DNA of 64,000 nucleotides from Escherichia phage AidaStucki_Bas93: the sequence record PQ850593.1; one strand, written 5' to 3'. The translations under genes and the position numbers were made by a program. This document shows, in pieces, positions 30,405-41,673 of this stretch (position 1 is its first letter; every line of letters begins with the position of its first letter). The notes below the pieces were generated by a model. That model was not told the origin of the DNA. It did no database searches and was given only the letters and a program-made list of their open reading frames with translations.

Positions 30405-30928
30405 TTATTCTCCTAATAACTTACGAATTTCAATACGGAAATTATCATACTCTTCAGGGTATTCAAACCCACATTCAAGAAGAGCATAGTGAACAACCTT
30501 CAGCAAATCCTGAACCTTATTCTTATCTTTGTGTCGATAAGCATATTTGATCATGTTGGTTTGTTGAAAGTTCAACTGAGGGTTTGCATGATAAAACTCG
30601 ATAGGTTGAATCTTCTTGCTATCAGGGTTATAGTGGGAACCTCCCACCATAGAAACTAATGCTGGGTTACCTTGAGATGCCATTTCTAACTTCTCCGTGT
30701 GGTCATGTGAGTAGTCTACTGGAGAGGTTTTGTTACCAGTAATTTTAGGTAAAATCGCTCTAACTGTTTCTATGTACTTACCGCCATCAACATTAATTTG
30801 AAACTCCACAAGTTCATCCTGTAGTTCATACCCTGATAAGCTTGATAGTTCCTCTAGCTCGTCTCTGAGGAAGTTTGTGTGCTTTCTTTGGGTTGCAAGC
30901 GCTTTCTTTAAAAGAACTATTTCTTCAC

Positions 30929-30938
<10 letters not shown>
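30405..30938 (-). CDS. hypothetical protein (DUF3310-like C-terminus?)
   Basis: GSHYN ... IKYAYRHKDK ... VHYALLE resembles phage DUF3310 proteins as I recall them. Confidence 0.4.
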
Positions 30939-32222
<1,284 letters not shown>

Positions 32223-32470
32223 AATGCATCTCTTTATAAATAGTTTCCGTGTTCTTCTTCCAGTTAGATAAACCGGTAAGAACCCTCTGAGCAACTTCAT
32301 CAGCTGCCTTACTTCTTTCAATCTCTAACTCTTGTTGATGCTTTTCTTTATCCAGATTGTTACTATCTGTTCTGTACTCATTAAACTTCATTCCGCCAAA
32401 GAACACCAGAGCAGAGAAGATAACAAATCCTAGATTATCACTTAAAGTGCTTTGCATATTGACCCCAACG

Positions 32471-32492
32471 AAAAAAGCCACCCGAAGGTGGC
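32471..32492 (-). terminator. rho-independent terminator after SSB gene
   Basis: minus-strand GCCACC-TTCG-GGTGGC hairpin followed by TTTTTT. Confidence 0.6.
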
Positions 32493-32514
32493 TAAGCTAT
32501 AACAAGGAGAGTTA

Positions 32515-33261
32515 TCAGAAAGGCGAATCGTTATCGTCTTCATAAGTAGAAGCAGGTTCTTTATCAATCGTAGGGATCGAAGGGGTAGCTTCTTTCTGTT
32601 CTGTTTCAGAAGCACGAGTAATTTCACGACCAGCCAGAGGTATGTTCTTAGCGTCATTAGCTTGAGTAAGCAGGTTGCGCTGGAACGGGAACATCAGTTG
32701 ATAAGATGCTACGTTCTCATCGGTTTCAGCATACGGTTCGAAGAATACCAGAGGACTACGAGCTTCACCAACTGCTGCACGATATTTGGTTGGGATTGGA
32801 GAAATGGTTTTGATGGAGTTTTTAACTTCACCAGCTTTGTTAGTGTAGGAGTTAACCAGAATGTTAACAGGCTGACCTAACAGCACATCCTTAAACCAAG
32901 ACAGATCACCTTTCAGTGCTTGAATGCTTGGGTCAATCATCTTGCAAAGATCAAGGATACCAGAGTTCTTAGCTCGTGGGTTTACATCATAACTCTTGAA
33001 CTGGCAAGCAGGACGTGGTTCTAATGCCTTACCATCGGAATCTTTACCCGTAGCATCAACACCAATCAGCTCGAAAGCCAAATCCATACGGAAAGCTGGA
33101 TTCTTAGGAGTTACTGCTTTGGTCTTCGGGTCAATCCAAGGGTCGCGATTGTGAACACCCAAACCTACTACACGAACAATACGTGCTTCGTATTCACCAT
33201 CAGGGATTACATCGTAGTTAGATTTACGGGAAGAAGTTGCGATAGTTGGAATCATGCTCAT
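32515..33261 (-). CDS. single-stranded DNA-binding protein (T7 gp2.5-like)
   Basis: acidic C-terminal tail ending ...YEDDNDSPF, the hallmark C-terminal Phe of gp2.5-type SSBs. Confidence 0.6.
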   Translation of the reverse strand: MSMIPTIATSSRKSNYDVIPDGEYEARIVRVVGLGVHNRDPWIDPKTKAVTPKNPAFRMDLAFELIGVDATGKDSDGKALEPRPACQFKSYDVNPRAKNSGILDLCKMIDPSIQALKGDLSWFKDVLLGQPVNILVNSYTNKAGEVKNSIKTISPIPTKYRAAVGEARSPLVFFEPYAETDENVASYQLMFPFQRNLLTQANDAKNIPLAGREITRASETEQKEATPSIPTIDKEPASTYEDDNDSPF

Positions 33262-33681
33262 TGTTAATTTCCTTATTTAATTTGAAAGATTGTTGCTCTC
33301 TTTGAGCGGTTATGTATAATATACATTACGCTTATACCGATAAGAGTACTATATAATATAAGTATCTTTGGTAGTAGATATAACACACTAGTAATGTATA
33401 TATTGTATAGCTGATAAAGTTATTGCAGGCTTGTACATTGGGCAATTCATAGAATCCCTTGCAAGTACCGAAGGGCAGGAGCCACCTGCGAGATAAAAAT
33501 AGAGAATTAAGGAATCCTTGATTTAGGTTGTAGGGACTCCTAGGGACTTTGATTCTCTATTTAAAAGAATAAATAATTACTATATCTAATACTAAACAGA
33601 CTGAAACAAAGATAAGAAACTTCTTATAAATACTCATTACTTATCATCTAAATAGTTAACTAATCTCTGATATAAAGAAGT
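33262..33681. promoter_or_regulatory. 420-bp AT-rich non-coding region with promoter-like motifs on both strands
   Basis: TAATGTATA cores at about 33310-33328 (minus sense, upstream of SSB) and 33390-33405 (plus sense); direct repeat tagggact x2. Confidence 0.4.
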
Positions 33682-33870
33682 TTAAATCAAGCATCCATCA
33701 CAAACATAGTCTCCACTAAGAGACTCTTGTAACAAACGATTTTGTTCCTCTGAATATAGAGAATTTACTAATTCTTTTAACTCTGAAAGAGTGATGAAAT
33801 CAATAGTATTTCCATTATCTAAAATAGAAGAGTTAAGTAAATATTCATTGTCTTTAATTTTATTAATCAT
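33682..33870 (-). CDS. hypothetical protein
   Basis: 62-aa ORF. Confidence 0.35.
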   Translation of the reverse strand: MINKIKDNEYLLNSSILDNGNTIDFITLSELKELVNSLYSEEQNRLLQESLSGDYVCDGCLI

Positions 33871-34037
33871 TCTTCATTTCCTTTTACTTCAGCGTAGACT
33901 TTGATAATGCCCTTAAGAACTTCCTTAGAAGCAATAGCACTTTCTTCAGAGGTGTGAATAGTAGAAAACTCTTTCTTTCCAATCTTGTAAGTGTGAACCC
34001 AAATCATACTTATTCCTCGTATTCCCAATTTCTTTCA
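33867..34037 (-). CDS. hypothetical small protein (56 aa)
   Basis: hand-translated; stop overlaps the next start (ATGA). Confidence 0.25.
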
Positions 34038-34167
34038 TAATATCCAGAGTTATAATTTAGAGCGCATCTCTCAGCCTCCTCTATGTCATCAGTGTTTAGG
34101 ATATTTACCCACCCACCAACTTCATCAAAACCTTCTTCTACTTCATTAAACCATACGCTATACTTTT

Positions 34168-34560
34168 TCATCGAATCACCAAAGGCTCTTCAGAGTACAC
34201 AGGAGCGGCTATTTCTACAGGAGGTGCTGCCCTAAGGTCATTAAGTCTTACGCCCTTCAGCATTCCATCTAGGTGGTCCTTTTTGGGTATTCCAACAGGG
34301 AAGTCGTCAATCCAGATATCTACAAAGAAACCTAACTGGCGACATACGTCATCTTTCTGAACACCATTGCAAAAGATGATAGGAATCTGCAAACGCTCTG
34401 CATCAATCTTAATGTCGTGATTATCATACCCATTAGGCTCTGCAAAGCGGTAAGTTACAAAACGTACATCATAACCTTTGGCTTGCATTAATGCCACCAC
34501 AGATCGCCACAGCTCTTTATCTGAGGTGTAAGTATCATCGTAATCTAAACCAATATTCAT
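34168..34560 (-). CDS. HAD-like phosphatase (possible 5'-nucleotidase)
   Basis: N-terminal GLDYDDT (DxDxT) and downstream DD motif. Confidence 0.45.
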   Translation of the reverse strand: MNIGLDYDDTYTSDKELWRSVVALMQAKGYDVRFVTYRFAEPNGYDNHDIKIDAERLQIPIIFCNGVQKDDVCRQLGFFVDIWIDDFPVGIPKKDHLDGMLKGVRLNDLRAAPPVEIAAPVYSEEPLVIR

Positions 34561-34798
34561 GTTGAATCCTTTTAGACAAGAAAAGCCGCCCTAAGGCAGC
34601 TTCTTATTTAACTATTCACTTTAGCTTCAAGTGTTTCATTTTCAATACTCAAGTCAATCACTACGCCAGTAAGCTCAACGACTGCTTGGCGAAGGGCGTC
34701 TTTACCCATAGAATGTACTTGAGATAAGAAGAAAGCTTTACCTTCTTCCGTGGATAGGGTTTCTTTTAATTCAGAAGCAGTCATTGATATTCCTTATT

Positions 34799-34990
34799 TT
34801 ACATTGTATAAATTCGCATGATTGTACCACCATCAGCTTCAATAGTAGAAACAACTTCATCTCGTTCTTCATCCGTGTACACTAGTACACTTTTAAACGA
34901 GCCAGTCACATCTGTGTACAAAATGTTGTACTTGGGAGGTGGTTTACGGTAAATACCTTCCATCATTCTTTCTCCTCTCGTTCTTTCCAC
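34799..34990 (-). CDS. hypothetical protein
   Basis: 63-aa ORF. Confidence 0.35.
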   Translation of the reverse strand: MERTRGERMMEGIYRKPPPKYNILYTDVTGSFKSVLVYTDEERDEVVSTIEADGGTIMRIYTM

Positions 34991-35160
34991 AGTTCAGCAA
35001 GCTCTAGGTAGAACTCAGCTTCATCAGGACGTCCTTGTTCATTACAGATGGCGCTTTGACGATAACACCAATCCGATGGCATCTCTTCCACTTCAATCTC
35101 CTTGTTATGAACTAATCAATAAGACTAGTTCATTTGTATTTCAATCTTTCAGTTCTGAAT

Positions 35161-35654
35161 TTAGTGTGTATGCATCCAATTTAACCCAATCTGACAATCA
35201 GAAGCCAGAGGACATTCCATGTTCAAGTACTCACCAGCCTTCTTAACACAAAGCTCGGTGTACTCTTTGAGTTTCTGTACATCATTACGGTTCACTGAGA
35301 ACTGGCCCTCATCGTGCATATCAATTACCTTAGCACAACGAACTCCATCTTTCTCAATCCACTTGTTAAGGAACATCATAGCATATTTCATAACAACAGC
35401 ACCAGCACATTGCAGGAGTGTGTTAAGGGCTTTATGAACCATAACCTTACCAGTGGCATCCCGTCTCATTGTAATCTTACGACCATCAACGCCAATCAAA
35501 TACCCTTGAGCAGCTTTCTCTGTCATACGATCAATGAGGATTGCAATACATGGGTTCTCTGCCAAGAAGCGTGCTCGCATCACTGAACCTTCGTCAGCTC
35601 CACCACCTACGATTGAACCAAGTTTAGCATCACCAGCACCATAGTTAAACGCAT
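35161..35654 (-). CDS. DNA polymerase (family A, T7 gp5-like), exon 2
   Basis: frame reads ...YGAGDAKLGSIVGG ... ALNTLLQCAG ... VIDMHDEGQF, matching motif B end through motif C; the frame is open upstream of the track's GTG start. Confidence 0.75.
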
Positions 35655-36360
35655 CTCATATATTCGACAAGAGCCGCAACACTCTCGCCCGTTCTCTTAT
35701 GAACTGCTACATGTCGCCATGTAGGATAGACTATATCATCACCCTCTATCGAGGGGTTGGGCGCTTCCACCGGCATTAGCTTCCGGCGTACTCCTTTCGG
35801 ATAGTCGTTGCACCTTCAAGTATTCTATAGCTGTTTCTAATCGGCTAACATCATCTTTCAATAGCCCTAAAGCTCTGTTGCAGTTGTGACACAACAGACC
35901 GCGTATTACTCCGGATTCATGGCAATGATCAACCACAAGTTTAATTCTGTGATGTGTTGCCATTACAAACCCTTCGCCCTTACAGATAGCACACTTCCCA
36001 TCCTGATCAGCGTACATCTTTTCGTAATCGCTGGCTGTGATTCCATAAATTCGTTTGAAGTAGGAATTTCTCCAGCCCCTATCTTTGCATTCATCAGAGC
36101 AATAATGTTCAGATGGTGCATTTGGTTGAAAATCTTTTGAGCAATTACGACAAGGTTTTGGATTGAACCGACCTTGAGGGTATTTACTTGCCTCAGCAGT
36201 CTGTTCTTCTTTAGTTTTAGTTACAGTTGTATATTCCATAAGCACCTCCATGTTGAGTTGCTATAGAATACTTGCTTGGCTCAGGATTGTCTACTAGAGA
36301 GTTTCCCTGAGTTCACCCAATTTAATCGACGAGATTACTCTCGAAGTATCCATTTACGTC
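35655..36360 (-). mobile_element. putative group I intron in the DNA polymerase gene
   Basis: 706 nt between exon 1 ending on a U (first base of the in-frame TGA) and exon 2 beginning after a G; joining gives RDNAKTFI-Y-AFNYGAGD, a continuous motif B. Confidence 0.55.
35739..36251 (-). CDS. intron-encoded HNH homing endonuclease
   Basis: 170 aa with HNH/Endo-VII-like CAICKG ... DHCHESG ... CHNCN motif, located inside the polymerase interruption. Confidence 0.7.
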   Translation of the reverse strand: MEVLMEYTTVTKTKEEQTAEASKYPQGRFNPKPCRNCSKDFQPNAPSEHYCSDECKDRGWRNSYFKRIYGITASDYEKMYADQDGKCAICKGEGFVMATHHRIKLVVDHCHESGVIRGLLCHNCNRALGLLKDDVSRLETAIEYLKVQRLSERSTPEANAGGSAQPLDRG

Positions 36361-37711
36361 AGATAAACGTTTTAGCGTTGTCACGAGTAGGAAGACCAGC
36401 AAGTTTCTGGTTGTGGGAGTGGATATCACCTTCAAGAAGGATATCACGATACATAATAGCAGAAGCTAAACCACGTTCTGCCAGAGCTTTCTTAGCTGGA
36501 TTATTCTCTTCGATTGCTTCAGCAAGCATATCCCTACACTCTTTAATGAGGTAGTGAGCGAGCATACGAAGTTCAAGTCCAGAACCATCATACCCTAAGA
36601 ATACTTCTTTACCAGCGGGTATGTAATATTTGTAAGCACCTACAGGCTTATCTTTCTTCCCCGGCTTACCTTTCTCGTAAATTACGTTAGTACCTTTTCG
36701 TATATAACAACCATCAGGAACAACGTTAGTAATAACGAAAGGACGAGAGTGATCACTGTCTGAATTATAGTCAGACTCAAACAAACTGCGACACTCATGA
36801 CCAAACAAACCACGAGAGGGAATATTAACCACGATACGATGTTTGAATCGAAAAGTTGGCGTAGCGCAGCTGTTAGCTTCTGCCGAAAGTTTACCATCTT
36901 CGCGTTCCTTTGCTATGAGTCCACTGATAAGACCTAGCCTGTGAGCCGCTACAACGCGCCTCTTAAGCAAACTTCCAACACTCCCTAGCTCGCCCCCTAA
37001 CCCTTCTTCAAGAGTCTCCTCGAGGTTTGTAGGAGCTGTAGGCCACTTGTTTGAGGTAGCTAGTGCTATCTTAATCTCATCAAACGTGATAGGTCTACGT
37101 CGGTTAGGGTTTAAACCTAAACCAAACACATAAGCCTTCATATAGTTCTTAGTCTTAAACCTAAAATGCTTCTCTAAGAACCTCCTAATATCTGCGTCAA
37201 CCATCTCGGCTGTCTGCTTCTGTTTAGCATTACCTCGCATCCAAGCTGAATACCACGCTTGGTATGTTCCATACTTTCGTATATCTTTCTTGATTTCAAA
37301 AGTATTCCAAGGTTTCTTTGATACGTTAAACTCTGGAGGAAGAAAACCCTCATCCATAAGGGCTTCTTTAACTCGTGCATCTTTCGATGGGTCAAAGTCC
37401 ACGTATTCAACACAGGTGAATGCTCCACCAATGTCTTCTCTCTTAAGGCCAACTCTATCACAATAGGCTTGAGGCCACTTCTGTAAAGCTCCAGACTTCT
37501 TAAATGGCTTCATATAAGTAGAGCCATCTAATCTCATCTTAGGTAAGAGAGGGATCAGTTCTTTGTCGATATTAACAATAATCTCTTTAAGGAGGTGAAC
37601 ATACCACCGAGCATTTCTTCGGTTGAAACTCACTCCGTGCTTCGCTTGCTTAGAGATTATATCAGCGACAGTCATCTCTGTCAAAAATGGGAGAGCGTCC
37701 GGGTTGCTCAC
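36361..37711 (-). CDS. DNA polymerase (family A, T7 gp5-like), exon 1
   Basis: YDGSGLELRMLAHY (motif A) and ...LPTRDNAKTFI (start of motif B); colinear with the T7 gp5 polymerase domain but lacks the N-terminal exonuclease domain. Confidence 0.8.
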
Positions 37712-37727
37712 TTTATACTCCTTTAAA

Positions 37728-38150
37728 TTATTGGTAAAGTAAATCTGTAAATGCTTGGTTGTCTTCTACTACATCTAACAAGGTTGCTTCGTTACTATAA
37801 GACCTAACCGTCCCGTTGACAACTGTCCGAGTAGGAGAGGGAGGTGGTGTATGGTTAGCCCTAGCTTCGCGAGGTTGCTCTCGTACTAAATGAGCCATAG
37901 CCATTTGGTTAGCGACTTCTTCTCTTTCTCGAATAGCTCTCTGAATATAAGCTAGCTTCATGCCCCAAGCTTCTTCAAATTCTTGAGGATGTTTGTCACT
38001 GATAACCACATATTGACGTTCAGGGATACCAGAGCGAATCTCTGATAAGAGTTCACAGAACAAATCCAGTTCGTGTTCAGTGAGATTCATTTCGATATCA
38101 TCCCACTTGAGAACTAGGAAACGGTTTTGATATCTAGTCGGTAATGACAT
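37728..38150 (-). CDS. hypothetical protein
   Basis: 140-aa ORF. Confidence 0.4.
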   Translation of the reverse strand: MSLPTRYQNRFLVLKWDDIEMNLTEHELDLFCELLSEIRSGIPERQYVVISDKHPQEFEEAWGMKLAYIQRAIREREEVANQMAMAHLVREQPREARANHTPPPSPTRTVVNGTVRSYSNEATLLDVVEDNQAFTDLLYQ

Positions 38151-38153
38151 AGC

Positions 38154-38408
38154 TTAACCTTTAGGGAATGGGATGAGGTTTTCTACTGCAACACGGAATT
38201 CTTTCTCTACATCTTTATTCTTATAAGAAATGAATTTCCCATCAGTACCACGGAGGATTACGTTAGTGCGAGCTGTTTTTGGGTTATGACTGATTTGGTT
38301 TGCAATGAGACTAATGTTGAGTTTAGTGTTGTGGTTATTGGTGAATTTCCACTTAGCCAGACGATTAGTCATTACATCAATGATAGTTACAGTTTTTACA
38401 ATAGACAT
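38154..38408 (-). CDS. hypothetical protein
   Basis: 84-aa ORF. Confidence 0.4.
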   Translation of the reverse strand: MSIVKTVTIIDVMTNRLAKWKFTNNHNTKLNISLIANQISHNPKTARTNVILRGTDGKFISYKNKDVEKEFRVAVENLIPFPKG

Positions 38409-38443
38409 AGTTATTACCTAAGAAGTTTAGTTTGGTTTATATA

Positions 38444-38471
38444 AAAGAAAAGGCCACCCATTTGGGTAGCC
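38444..38471 (-). terminator. rho-independent terminator
   Basis: minus-strand GGCTACCC-AAAT-GGGTGGCC hairpin followed by TTTTCTTTT. Confidence 0.5.
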
Positions 38472-38476
38472 TCATA

Positions 38477-38794
38477 TTACGATGAGCTTAAAGCTCCTTT
38501 GCGTGCTCCAGCTGCCTTCCCAGTTCGATCTCCACTTTTGCCGCCAGCTGAACGATTTCCGCTGACTGTTTCAACACGTAAGTTGCTTGACGCATTAGAG
38601 CCTCCTGACTTGATAGCTCGTTTGTGTCCAACGTCTTTACCTCTGACAGCAGCTTTTCCATCGCGCTTTTCAACGATGCGACGTGCACGGTGGCGCTGAG
38701 CATCTCCGCTCTTGCTACCAATTCCCGTTTCACCCCTTGCGATGGCGGTACGTCTTTCTTGTGCATAATCTCTCTTTCCTACATGGTCTGCCAT
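38477..38794 (-). CDS. basic Gly/Lys/Arg-rich protein
   Basis: AAGGAG RBS 7 nt upstream of ATG; a 92-aa alternative-frame ORF (38488..38766) overlaps and cannot be excluded. Confidence 0.4.
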   Translation of the reverse strand: MADHVGKRDYAQERRTAIARGETGIGSKSGDAQRHRARRIVEKRDGKAAVRGKDVGHKRAIKSGGSNASSNLRVETVSGNRSAGGKSGDRTGKAAGARKGALSSS

Positions 38795-38829
38795 TTAGAA
38801 CTCCTTAATATATCAGTGTACACTAAGGA

Positions 38830-38841
38830 GTATACATTATG
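38830..38841 (-). promoter_or_regulatory. candidate phage promoter motif (minus sense CATAATGTATAC)
   Basis: TAATGTATA core about 40 nt upstream of the 38794 start. Confidence 0.35.
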
Positions 38842-38848
38842 AATGATG

Positions 38849-39094
38849 TTAAAACTCTGCTAAGTATTTAATATCAGAGGCATATACCTCATCAAAGGAA
38901 ATAACTTCTCCATTGTAAAGAAGTTCTATCTTCAATATACCAGAGCATTTGGTGTCTTTAGAATCAACCCTGATAGAGAGCTTATCAACTATCTGAGCTT
39001 TAATCTCTTCTATCATTAACTCTTGAGTGTTATTCACTCCACCCTCCCGGTGGTACAAAATCATCAGGAACGTCAATGATAGTAGGTTCTCCAT
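38849..39094 (-). CDS. hypothetical protein
   Basis: 81-aa ORF; 5' end overlaps the upstream ORF, true start uncertain. Confidence 0.3.
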   Translation of the reverse strand: MENLLSLTFLMILYHREGGVNNTQELMIEEIKAQIVDKLSIRVDSKDTKCSGILKIELLYNGEVISFDEVYASDIKYLAEF

Positions 39095-39215
39095 TATTCA
39101 TGCAGGTGTCTTCATTGAACTCTTCACACTCAAAGCATGCTCGTTCGATATTTTTGTAGAAGTCGATGGTTGCTGAACCATCACCACAATCTCGGATAAC
39201 TAGAGCTACTTTCAT
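39030..39215 (-). CDS. hypothetical Cys-containing small protein
   Basis: 61-aa ORF. Confidence 0.3.
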   Translation of the reverse strand: MKVALVIRDCGDGSATIDFYKNIERACFECEEFNEDTCMNNGEPTIIDVPDDFVPPGGWSE

Positions 39216-39955
39216 TTCTCTTGTCCTTTTTCCATTGCTTTAACAATAGCTTTACAGAAACCAGAACGAACAATGTCATCTGATTCACCATCTACAATCT
39301 CAGCGAACTCATACAGATCATGTTCATCAATAAAGTTAGTAGCCCAAGTAAGACCACTCTCACGACCACGCATGTCATGCTGGTTAGTATCACCCATGCA
39401 GAACAGTTGAGAGGTTTCTCCCAATCGAGTCATGATTGAGAAGGCTTCATCTTTAGTGGTGTTCTGGAATTCATCAACAATAACAACAGCATCATTGAAA
39501 GAACGACCACGGAGATATTCCAGAGGTACGAACTCAATATTACTGTTACCAAGCTGGCATTCATAGAACCCCTTACCATATCGCTGAGTAATAACATCGA
39601 TGATAGGCATCAGGTATGGTTCAAACTTCTCACGCATCCCTCCCGGAAGTAACCCAAGAGAGTTGCCCATACCAACTGAAGGACGGCTAAGAATGATCTT
39701 CTGAATCTTACCACTCTTCAGAGCATCGATAACTGTAGAAGTGATTACATAGGTCTTACCACAGCCCGCAGGAGCGTCTGTGAACACCACTTGTTTAGTC
39801 TTGATAGCATTGAGTAGCTCAGATTGAAACTGATTCTGAGGAACCACTGGCTTCGCTAAAACAACCTCTTCATACTCACGCTTACCTTTCTTAGTGACCA
39901 AGGCTTCACGACGTAAATCTTTACGAGATTCTCTACGGGACTGTCTACGGCTCAT
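39212..39955 (-). CDS. phoH: PhoH-like ATPase
   Basis: Walker A DAPAGCGKTY and conserved PhoH core. Confidence 0.8.
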   Translation of the reverse strand: MSRRQSRRESRKDLRREALVTKKGKREYEEVVLAKPVVPQNQFQSELLNAIKTKQVVFTDAPAGCGKTYVITSTVIDALKSGKIQKIILSRPSVGMGNSLGLLPGGMREKFEPYLMPIIDVITQRYGKGFYECQLGNSNIEFVPLEYLRGRSFNDAVVIVDEFQNTTKDEAFSIMTRLGETSQLFCMGDTNQHDMRGRESGLTWATNFIDEHDLYEFAEIVDGESDDIVRSGFCKAIVKAMEKGQEK

Positions 39956-40137
39956 TTGCGCTCTCCTAGCTCTTCGTAATTAAATACAGAGGTTCGACAA
40001 TCTTTACATGTTGTTGTATAGACTCGAACATTAATGTACTTCTTGTTCTTCCCTTTGGTTGGAGAGCCTTTAGCAAGCTCTCTGATAACCTTGTTACTTG
40101 AGTGAAGGTTTGTGCCTTCGCATTTAGAGCACTTCAC
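39952..40137 (-). CDS. zinc-ribbon small protein
   Basis: CxxC ... CxxC arrangement, 61 aa. Confidence 0.4.
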   Translation of the reverse strand: MKCSKCEGTNLHSSNKVIRELAKGSPTKGKNKKYINVRVYTTTCKDCRTSVFNYEELGERK

Positions 40138-40358
40138 TCAGGCTCACCAACAGTAACTTCCCATACAACTTGAGAGATGATATTGTTGATCTGTTTGATT
40201 TGCTCGTAAGTCAGTTGCATACCTTTCATCTTCCGAGAGGCATTGCTTCGTGCTCTTCGCTGACGGTAGAAGTTATTCTTTTTAGTAGAGTGTAATCTAC
40301 TCATTTCACAAGCTCCACTTCTTCAATACTGTACCCTTCAAAATACTCACCATCTTGA

Positions 40359-40715
40359 TCATACTGGTTGATTGCTCTTGTTAGTACCCACACTTTCATT
40401 ATTCTTCTCTTTATGAAGTCTATAAACAGCTGTCGCCATGCAAGCAACAGCTTCATTGTGTGGGAGATGCATCCCTGTAGAACCATCCCAATCTTTGAAC
40501 TCATTGTCAAAGACTCCGGTAGGCTCTGGATACAGAGCTTGCAGCTCAACCAAATCATTAGCAACTTGTTGCCATTTATCATCAGACCAGATAGGGTCAT
40601 CCAACCAGTAATACAAATAGGAATGGATGATTAATTGCCTTCTGTGCCGATTAATTACTTCAGCGGGACTTATCTCACTTCCATTTGAAGTCCTAAATGT
40701 ATTACTGTCAATCAT
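40359..40715 (-). CDS. hypothetical protein (weak resemblance to NAD-ligase domain Ia)
   Basis: HSYLYYWLDDPIWSDDKWQQ ... ELQALYPE pattern; too short for a ligase, so resemblance is tentative. Confidence 0.35.
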   Translation of the reverse strand: MIDSNTFRTSNGSEISPAEVINRHRRQLIIHSYLYYWLDDPIWSDDKWQQVANDLVELQALYPEPTGVFDNEFKDWDGSTGMHLPHNEAVACMATAVYRLHKEKNNESVGTNKSNQPV

Positions 40716-40717
40716 GA

Positions 40718-41374
40718 TTAATTATTCCAAGTAGTTGATAAGGCTTTCCAAGAGATAGGATAAAGTTTCTTCATTTCTTCATCAATAGTTTGTGCAAACA
40801 GTCGGACCTCATACTGAGCGTGCTCTGACAGACGTTGACGGCACACATCTGACCAGCCATATAGAGAGCCAGTCCACACCCACTCAGTGATCATCCCCTG
40901 AGGAAGAACAAATCGAGCTTGCTCTGGTGCAACAAATTCAATCAACTTATCATATGCTGCTAGAGAGGATTCATATGCATCGTTAATCAGCATTAATGCT
41001 TCAGCTCGTTCTCCATCGATGAGTTGAATCCCTGAACCTGCATGGAGGTCCGAAGGTCTCGCAAAAATCTCTTTAGGGATGAAGACTTCAACTGCTCCAT
41101 CTTTATACCGACGGGACATTTCGTTCCACGAGAATCCAACCTGATGCTTGCCCAGCTGTCTCGCAATTGCGATAGGTGCTTTGCATCGGAAACTGACTTG
41201 TGGGTGTCGGAATGGAGTAACATGCTTTTCTCTTGCGAGGAAGTTGATGAGACGTTCATCACGTTCATTTAAATCACCTTCACGGGTTACGCCAAAGGAA
41301 ACTCGAGCTGCGTTTACTACGCTACGATCACTTCCCATAGCTTCGATTAATGTTGCTTGTAGTTGTTCATTCAT
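40718..41374 (-). CDS. thyX: flavin-dependent thymidylate synthase ThyX
   Basis: ThyX signature region ...ARQLGKHQVGFSWNEMSRRY. Confidence 0.75.
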   Translation of the reverse strand: MNEQLQATLIEAMGSDRSVVNAARVSFGVTREGDLNERDERLINFLAREKHVTPFRHPQVSFRCKAPIAIARQLGKHQVGFSWNEMSRRYKDGAVEVFIPKEIFARPSDLHAGSGIQLIDGERAEALMLINDAYESSLAAYDKLIEFVAPEQARFVLPQGMITEWVWTGSLYGWSDVCRQRLSEHAQYEVRLFAQTIDEEMKKLYPISWKALSTTWNN

Positions 41375-41389
41375 CCGTGAATATCCTTA

Positions 41390-41665
41390 TTATTTATTGC
41401 TCAGTGCTGTGTCCAAAAATGCTTTCAGGTTTGCTTCAGTCTGCATACCAGAGAGGCTGTAATGTGCGCCACTATTCCGGTCAGGCACAACGAAAGCAGG
41501 AATGCTTCGTACACCATACTTAACAGCTTGTTCACGACCGTCACCCTCAAGGATATTAATCTCTTCCACTTCTACATCGAACTCCTTAACAACCTTCTCA
41601 AAGATAGGAGCCATTGCTTTACATGGAGCACACTGATCACTATAAAACTTAATTACTTTAGACAT
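41390..41665 (-). CDS. thioredoxin/glutaredoxin-like protein
   Basis: 91 aa with CAPC redox motif near the N-terminus. Confidence 0.6.
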   Translation of the reverse strand: MSKVIKFYSDQCAPCKAMAPIFEKVVKEFDVEVEEINILEGDGREQAVKYGVRSIPAFVVPDRNSGAHYSLSGMQTEANLKAFLDTALSNK

Positions 41666-41673
41666 GTAAATCC

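Noticed and set aside
34070-34171. 33-aa ORF with ATGA overlap to the HAD-like phosphatase gene
   Set aside because: Too short to support without conservation data.
40301-40600. 99-aa ORF overlapping 40359..40715 in another frame
   Set aside because: The overlapping 118-aa ORF has better start context; this one looks like a shadow ORF.
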